DNA of 56,258 bases, taken from positions 186,001-242,258 of the forward strand of contig JBBDMM010000012.1 of assembly GCA_040878325.1 (NCBI GenBank), read 5' to 3'. The translations under genes and the position numbers were made by a program. Each line of letters begins with the position of its first letter. Position 1 is the stretch's first letter. Below the pieces are notes generated by a model. The model searched no databases and was not told where the DNA came from. It saw only the letters and a list, made by a program, of their open reading frames with translations. Below are positions 50,874 to 56,258 of this stretch, piece by piece. This DNA comes from Acidimicrobiia bacterium. GTDB lineage: Bacteria > Actinomycetota > Acidimicrobiia > Spongiisociales > UBA11373.

Positions 50874-51024
50874 ATCTGACCGACCAGAAGTTTCGGGGCA
50901 ACCCGACGAAGTCCTACCGCTCCCAGGAATCGCTGCGCGTCATCGGCGAGCACACCAATTGGGAAGGGCATTCCCCCGAAGCGCTAAAAGCCATGAAGAA
51001 CGGCCTCGAGCGGCTCTAAAAATG
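50874..51024 (+). pseudogene. arr: arr 3' fragment (unit 2)
   Basis: LTDQKFRGNPTKSYRSQESLRVIGEHTNWEGHSPEALKAMKNGLERL*. Confidence 0.85.
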
Positions 51025-51141
51025 GGCGACACCGTCGCGCTCTTTGGTGCGGGGAGCGACCGCACTCCCGACGACCCACTCCCTGACTGCGAGTACGACG
51101 GGACCTTCGTCGCCGACGTCATTCGGCCCGCATCCGAGTAG
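51025..51141 (+). pseudogene. Lipoprotein 3' fragment (unit 2)
   Basis: GDTVALFGAGSDRTPDDPLPDCEYDGTFVADVIRPASE*, homologous to both full copies. Confidence 0.85.
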
Positions 51142-51166
51142 AAGGCCCTCGGAGGGCGACCTAGTC

Positions 51167-51294
51167 CTACCCCACCTCTACCAGCGCGTCGATGCGATCT
51201 GACCGACCAGAAGTTACGCGGCAACCCGACGAAAGCCATGAGGGACGGCCTCGAGCGGCTCTCGCAAATGGGCGTCGAGCCAATCGACGACTGA
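51167..51294. pseudogene. Second redoxin-tail copy (51167-51196, minus) joined to an internally deleted arr 3' fragment (51197-51294, plus)
   Basis: Same CGATGCG|ATCTGACCGACCAG junction as at 50873; about 78 bp missing between GACGAA and AGCCATG. Confidence 0.8.
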
Positions 51295-51327
51295 ACCACA
51301 ATGTCCAACGGGGCGTACGATTGCCCG

Positions 51328-52200
51328 ATGGCTAGGCAGATGCTGGCAGTCGTCGCAATCCTGAGCGTCGTCGCGGCTTGTTCCGGAACCGGCGCCGAGC
51401 CGTCCACGACCGTCCCCTCCTCGACAGTGCCCACCATTGCCGCCACGACGTCAACGACTACCGCTTCGCTGGCAGTCGACCCACCGATGGTCGGTTCGTC
51501 GACGCAGGCGGCATTGATCGACACATTCCCTCTCCCGATCCGAGTCGTCGAGGACGCTGTGCTCCGCGTCGACGGGTCTTGCGTGACCGCCGAAACGGGC
51601 GACACGGCGACACTCCTGGTATTCAATCTCCCGCTCGAGCCGCCGACACGGGGGGAACGGTACGTGTGGGTGCAGGGAGTCGAACTCCACTTCGAGGACA
51701 TCGATCCGGCTACCCCGACTCTGGTCTTGTCATCTGGCGCCCGCTACCAATTCCGAGGGATCCCGTTCGATGCAGTCGATGGAGAGCTGGCCGAGCCGAT
51801 GCCCTCGAGCTGCGTCTACGACGAGCAGCTGATTCTTCTCGGTGCCCTTGATGCGCCGGTTGGGCACGGGCTGACTACTCGCCCGGTCGAGGTGTTGGAA
51901 GGAATTCCAGCGATAGGTATCAACTCGACCACGATCACCATCGACGGGGCTTGTACCACCGTCGGCTCCGGAGAGCGTGAGCTGCTCGTCGTCTGGCCCG
52001 CCGGAACGGTCTCATTGCTCGATGACCACACCATCCATATGAGCCGCTGGGAGGCATTATTCACCGAGGCAGTGGTCAGATCAGGGGACACCGTCGCGCT
52101 CGATGGTTTTGCCAGCGACAGCACTCCTGGCAACCCGCCCCCTGACTGCGAGTACGACGGAACATTCTTCGCCGAGGTCATTCGGCCCGTCTCCGAGTAG
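51328..52200 (+). CDS. Uncharacterised lipoprotein, copy 2
   Basis: Paralog of 49976-50818 with a near-identical centre; lipobox VVAAC; TACGAT 6 nt before ATG. Confidence 0.8.
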   Translation: MARQMLAVVAILSVVAACSGTGAEPSTTVPSSTVPTIAATTSTTTASLAVDPPMVGSSTQAALIDTFPLPIRVVEDAVLRVDGSCVTAETGDTATLLVFNLPLEPPTRGERYVWVQGVELHFEDIDPATPTLVLSSGARYQFRGIPFDAVDGELAEPMPSSCVYDEQLILLGALDAPVGHGLTTRPVEVLEGIPAIGINSTTITIDGACTTVGSGERELLVVWPAGTVSLLDDHTIHMSRWEALFTEAVVRSGDTVALDGFASDSTPGNPPPDCEYDGTFFAEVIRPVSE

Positions 52201-52214
52201 GAGCTCCCGCCCCT

Positions 52215-52820
52215 CTAACCCACCGCCACCAGGGCATCGATGCGTATCCGCAGCTCGGCTTCGGACAGGGCGCCGAACCACATGTCGACGATCACGTCGT
52301 CGCTGGAGATCAGGAAGGTGATCGGCTGGTAGGGCACCAGATAGAGGTCCCATAGGGAGTCGTCATAGCCCCAGAGAATTCGATCAGGCGAGAACCAATC
52401 GCCCACCCGTACCCGTGAAGCCTCCTCCGACGACCTACCGGCAACGGCGAGGAAAGTTACCTGACCCTGGTAATCCGATGCGACCGCATCGACGACGGGG
52501 AGCTCCCGTCGGCACACGCTTCACCACTCGGCCCAAAACACCATGTAGACGGGCTTCTGCTCGTCGCTGAGAGTGAACTCGCCACCCTCACCGAGGGCGA
52601 GAGTGAAGTCGGGGGCGGCCTCGCCGTCGGGCGCCACCCGGCTGGTGGTGGTCACGGCTCCCGGCACCGTGGAACCCGAGGCACCGGTCGTTGTGGGAGC
52701 CGCAGTGGTGGTCACGCCCCCGGCCGCGGTGGTCTCGGCTGCAGTCGGTTCCGTGCTGGTGGGGGTGGAACACGCGGCGAACACCAGCGCCACCGCCACC
52801 AAACCGGTCACTCGTCGCAT
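52215..52820 (-). CDS. Probable selenocysteine-containing TlpA/redoxin lipoprotein (UxxC)
   Basis: Lipobox FAAC, APDFTL, VFWAEW-TGA(52523-52521)-SVCRRELP continuing in frame to YQPITFLI; SECIS-like hairpin. Confidence 0.85.
52493..52511 (-). promoter_or_regulatory. Candidate bacterial SECIS hairpin
   Basis: mRNA CGACGGG-AGCUC-CCCGUCG; loop starts 16 nt after UGA, G at loop position 2. Confidence 0.7.
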
Positions 52821-52858
52821 GAGAGACCAACGCCGTCCGTGAGCCCGGGGTTCCCCTC

Positions 52859-53667
52859 TCACCCGTGCACTCGCGCCAGGAATTCGCTCAGGTCGCCCGC
52901 GAACCGCTCCGGGTGCTCCAGGGTGAGCATGTGGGCGGCGGGGTACTCCACCAGGGTCGCCCCACCGTTTCGGCGAGGTGGCGACACGAAGCATTCGCGA
53001 AGGGCTCGTCGAACTCTCCGATCACCACCAGCACCGGGACCGCCACCTCCCCGAGCCTCCCCACCGCCGGTGGGGTGAGCACCTGGGGGACGCCCCCCTC
53101 CCTTTCGGCGCGGTAGTTGTCGAGGATCCATCCGTGGACCTTCTCCCTGATCGCCGGATCGACCCGGTCGGTGGGCTGTCCAGGCCCGTCGCACCAGAAG
53201 CGGGTCTCGAAGTCGGAGAGGGCGTCCCACTCTTTCGCCTCCTCCATTCTCTCCGCCTCCTTCCACAAGGCCTCGTCCTCTTCGACGTCGGGGGGCTGGT
53301 AGCCACCGACTCCCCCGGCGACCACCACCAGGCCTTTGAACCGGTCCGGATACTCGATGACCGAATCGAGGGCGATCATCCCGCCGCGGGAGGCGCCGAC
53401 GACCGTGGCCTTGTCCACCCCGATGTGATCGAGCACCGCGACCATGTCGGCGCGGTTGCTGAACTCGGCGTGCTCCGACTCTGTGCTGCCGAAGCCACGG
53501 GTGTCGTAGCGGATCAGGCGATACCGGTCCGACAGTGAGGCCACCAACGGATCCCACATCCTCAGGTTGGCGACCCCGGCATGAATGAGGACCACGGCAG
53601 GCCCGGCGCCGTCCTCCTCGTAATACAACGATCCACCCGGCACAGATACGAAACCCGATTTGCTCAT
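52859..53667 (-). pseudogene. Alpha/beta hydrolase with a frameshift near 52960 (or a sequencing error)
   Basis: LIHAG, YDTRGFG, GASRGG, GEFD in one frame; catalytic-His segment AAHMLTLEHPERF in another. Confidence 0.75.
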
Positions 53668-53716
53668 GCGTTCCTTCGTCGAGAGGTGGGCAAGGTACTA
53701 CCCCATCCCGACACGA

Positions 53717-54895
53717 TCACGAGAACGCGTTGAAACCGGTGATCGCCTGCCCCAGGATCAGCGTGTGGATCTCGTTCGTGCCCTCGTAGGTGTAGACCGA
53801 CTCGAGGTTGTTCATGTGACGAATGACCGGGTACTCCAGGGTGATCCCGTTGGCGCCGAGCACGCCGCGCGCCGTCCTCGCCACTTCGAGGGCGTTGCGC
53901 ACGTTGTCGAGTTTGCCGAAAGAGACCTGCACCGGGTCGAGGCTCCCGTCGTCCTTCTTCCTCCCGATGTGGAGGGCCACCAGCATCCCCCGATTGACGG
54001 CCACCATCATGTCGACCAGTTGCTGCTGGATGAGCTGGAAGGAGCCAATAGGCCGATCGAACATCACCCGCTCCTTGGCGTAGTCGAGGGCCGACTCGTA
54101 GCAGGCCCGCGCCGCCCCCATCACCCCGAAGAGGATCCCGAACCGTGCCTCGTTGAGGCAGGAGAGCGGGCCTCGCATTCCCTTGACTCCTGGCAGCACC
54201 GCGGCATCGGGTAGCCGAACGTCGTCGAGGATCAGCGAAGAGGTGACCGAGGCTCGGAGCGAGAGCTTCTGGTGGACGTCGACAGTGCTGAAGCCGGGCG
54301 TGTCGCGGGGCACCAGGAAGCCGCGGACCCCGTCGTCGGTCTTGGCCCACACCACGGACACATCGGCGATGCCCCCGTTGGTGATCCACATCTTGGTGCC
54401 GCTGAGCACCCAGTCCCCGCCGTCGCGGCGGGCGTGGGTCCGCATCGCGCTCGGATCGCTGCCGGCGTCAGGCTCAGTGAGGCCGAAACAGCCGATGGCA
54501 TCGCCAGCAGCCATCTGCGGCAACCACTGCTCCTTCTGTTCCTCGGACCCATAGGCGTGGATCGGGAACATCGCCAGCGATCCCTGGACGCTCACGAACG
54601 AACGGGCCCCGGAGTCGCCGTACTCGAGCTCGGTGCACGCCAGGCCATAGGCGACCGCGCTGGTCCCGGCGCATCCGTAACCCTCGAGATGCATGCCGAG
54701 CAGGCCGAGGGCACCCATCTCCTTGGCCAGCTCCTTGGGGAAGGTGCCAGCCTCGAACCAATCCCCTACCCCGGGAAGGATTCGATCGGAGACGAAATGG
54801 CGAACGGTGTCACGAAGGAGGGTCTCCTCGTCGTCGAGGAGGTCGTCGATGCCGAGAAAGTCCTTCGGATCGGTACCGCCCGCGCTGTTTCCCAT
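53717..54895 (-). CDS. Acyl-CoA dehydrogenase, glutaryl-CoA dehydrogenase-like
   Basis: GCFGLTEPDAGSDP, KMWITNG, SCLNEAR, NLESVYTYEGT. Confidence 0.9.
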   Translation of the reverse strand: MGNSAGGTDPKDFLGIDDLLDDEETLLRDTVRHFVSDRILPGVGDWFEAGTFPKELAKEMGALGLLGMHLEGYGCAGTSAVAYGLACTELEYGDSGARSFVSVQGSLAMFPIHAYGSEEQKEQWLPQMAAGDAIGCFGLTEPDAGSDPSAMRTHARRDGGDWVLSGTKMWITNGGIADVSVVWAKTDDGVRGFLVPRDTPGFSTVDVHQKLSLRASVTSSLILDDVRLPDAAVLPGVKGMRGPLSCLNEARFGILFGVMGAARACYESALDYAKERVMFDRPIGSFQLIQQQLVDMMVAVNRGMLVALHIGRKKDDGSLDPVQVSFGKLDNVRNALEVARTARGVLGANGITLEYPVIRHMNNLESVYTYEGTNEIHTLILGQAITGFNAFS

Positions 54896-54930
54896 GCGCT
54901 CATTACAGCAGCCGCGGGACCGCCTCGGCC

Positions 54931-55197
54931 TCAGGCAGAGATACGGAGCATCCGCCGGCGCTCACGCTCGGTGGTGCTGCCCCAGATCCCATACCGCACC
55001 CGGGTCTCGAGTGCCCAGTCGAGGCACTCTTCGCGCACCGGGCACCCCCGGCAGATCTTCACTGCTTTCGCAATGTCGGCCTCGACCGAACTAAAGAAAT
55101 TCTCGGGGTCGGCGTCACGACAGGCGGCGTAGGCCGCCCAGGGTCGCTCGTCGAGATCGAGCACCAACAGATCCACGGGAGTGCTGGAAGTTCTCAT
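54931..55197 (-). CDS. WhiB-family Fe-S transcriptional regulator
   Basis: W...AAC...FF...ICRGCPVREEC...GIWGSTTERER. Confidence 0.9.
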   Translation of the reverse strand: MRTSSTPVDLLVLDLDERPWAAYAACRDADPENFFSSVEADIAKAVKICRGCPVREECLDWALETRVRYGIWGSTTERERRRMLRISA

Positions 55198-55311
55198 TTG
55201 GCTCTCAGGTATACGGCTTCCATGTCATATGACGACGCTGACGCCTCAATTGGTTCCCTCACCTTGCCGGAGGACCGTTTACAATCGCGCTCCCGCTCCA
55301 ATGTGATGGGT

Positions 55312-55755
55312 ATGACGCGCCTCTACTTCGCCTACGACGCCAACATCGACCCCGGTCGTCTCGGGGAGATCGCGCCTGCAGCGTCCTTCGAGTTCATCGC
55401 TCATCTACCCGAATGGAAGCTGGAGTACACCATCAAGAACGGCAGAGGCGGACTCCCATCGGTCCGCCCCCTCCCCGGCAACACCGTCTGGGGCGCGGTC
55501 TTCAGGGTTCCCGTCGATCAACTGGCTGCGATCGACGAGCGGGAAGCGGGAGAAGGCCGCATCCCGGCACCCACGCAGGCGATGGATCGAGCGGGTCGCC
55601 GTCACGACGTGATAACCCACGTGAGCCGCAAGGGCCACAATGGTGAGTACCGGCCCGAACGGGATCACGTACGGTTGATGGTGAGCGGGGGCCGCCATTG
55701 GAAGCTCCCCACCGGGTGGGTGGCGGCCCTCGAAGAGCATCTCGAGGGCGACTGA
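55312..55755 (+). CDS. Gamma-glutamylcyclotransferase-like protein
   Basis: LYFAYDAN, VWGAVF, IDERE, HWKLP..W. Confidence 0.75.
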   Translation: MTRLYFAYDANIDPGRLGEIAPAASFEFIAHLPEWKLEYTIKNGRGGLPSVRPLPGNTVWGAVFRVPVDQLAAIDEREAGEGRIPAPTQAMDRAGRRHDVITHVSRKGHNGEYRPERDHVRLMVSGGRHWKLPTGWVAALEEHLEGD

Positions 55756-55756
55756 G

Positions 55757-56116
55757 CTGCTCCACTGGGGGGCGGTCCTGGTCGGAACCGTGGCAGGTGT
55801 CGGCGGGCTGGCCCTGTCGGCAGGGGTGCTGCTTGTCCTGGGCACCGCCGACACCGACACCGTGGGCGGCCAGACCATCCTCATCCTGCTCGCCTTCGGC
55901 GCCCAATTCCTCGCTGGCCACGTCGCCGGCCGTGTCGCCACCAGGGCTCGACCCCTCAACGGCGGTCTCGCCGGCCTCATCCTCTACTTCGTCGTCGGTG
56001 TCACCTCCATCGCCGCCGGCGAGGATCCTGGCGTCGCCGCCCTCGCCTTCGGGGCGCTGGTGGCTCTCCTCATGGGAACCGCCGCCGCCGTGCTCGTCGA
56101 GAACCCTCACCGTTAG
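55757..56116 (+). CDS. Small multi-TM membrane protein; start uncertain (CTG 55757 or GTG 55790)
   Basis: HWGAVLVG, FLAGHVAGR, NGGLAG. Confidence 0.6.
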   Translation: MLHWGAVLVGTVAGVGGLALSAGVLLVLGTADTDTVGGQTILILLAFGAQFLAGHVAGRVATRARPLNGGLAGLILYFVVGVTSIAAGEDPGVAALAFGALVALLMGTAAAVLVENPHR

Positions 56117-56160
56117 GGAACACCGCTGGCCTCCGCCGCGGTTGAGCGTCATACTGTCGA

Positions 56161-56258
56161 CGAGTTCGCCGGGCGGCCGCGGCGTGGCGCTCAGGCGCCG
56201 CATCGAGGAAAGTCCGGACTCCACAGGGCACGGTGCTGGGTAACTCCCAGGCGGGGCA
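56161..56258 (+). ncRNA. rnpB: RNase P RNA (class A), 5' part, cut by window end
   Basis: Signature GAGGAAAGTCCGGACTCCACAGGGCA...GGTAAC; CATACT -10 at 56150-56155. Confidence 0.95.

Noticed and set aside
50700..52200. Diversity-generating retroelement (TR/VR) explanation for the lipoprotein tails
   Set aside because: Differences are not adenine-specific and no reverse transcriptase is in the window.
49768..52244. Integron or CRISPR interpretation of the repeats
   Set aside because: No integrase, attC-like sites, cas genes or regular repeat-spacer structure; the repeats are gene fragments.

Overview
High-GC bacterial chromosomal window. Gene content (WhiB, DUF3040, Rv1830-like MerR, F420-type enzymes, DUF222-HNH, actinobacterial LexA box, many leaderless promoters) points to an actinobacterium, most likely Acidimicrobiia (inference). 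Left to right: DUF58/transglutaminase; MerR and DUF3040; a FAS-II cluster (fabD-fabH-fabG-acpP-fabF); the ROK/ArsA/SRPBCC/metallophosphoesterase/queG/NYN cluster; an M1 peptidase; gndA-zwf-PPOX-pntAB-nitroreductase-metK; an osmoprotectant ABC transporter; TPM/TrmH/cupin genes; a LexA-boxed DEDD+GIY-YIG nuclease; a complete System I cytochrome c maturation operon (ccmABCDEF-H-I-G); an accessory patch (HipA/PI3K-like kinase, P-loop kinase, DUF222-HNH, two-domain Arr, triplicated lipoprotein cassette); a thioredoxin-like lipoprotein split by an in-frame UGA; a hydrolase, an acyl-CoA dehydrogenase, whiB, and the 5' end of RNase P RNA. The main signals the ORF track misses are: (1) a probable exported selenoprotein (W-U-S-V-C with a SECIS-like hairpin); (2) a three-unit array of [arr tail]-[lipoprotein]-[selenoprotein tail], whose flanks diverged mostly at synonymous sites and whose lipoprotein C-termini are hypervariable; (3) an Arr made of a degenerate domain plus an intact domain; (4) PafBC-type and LexA DNA-damage promoters. 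All family calls come from motif recognition by eye; no searches were run.
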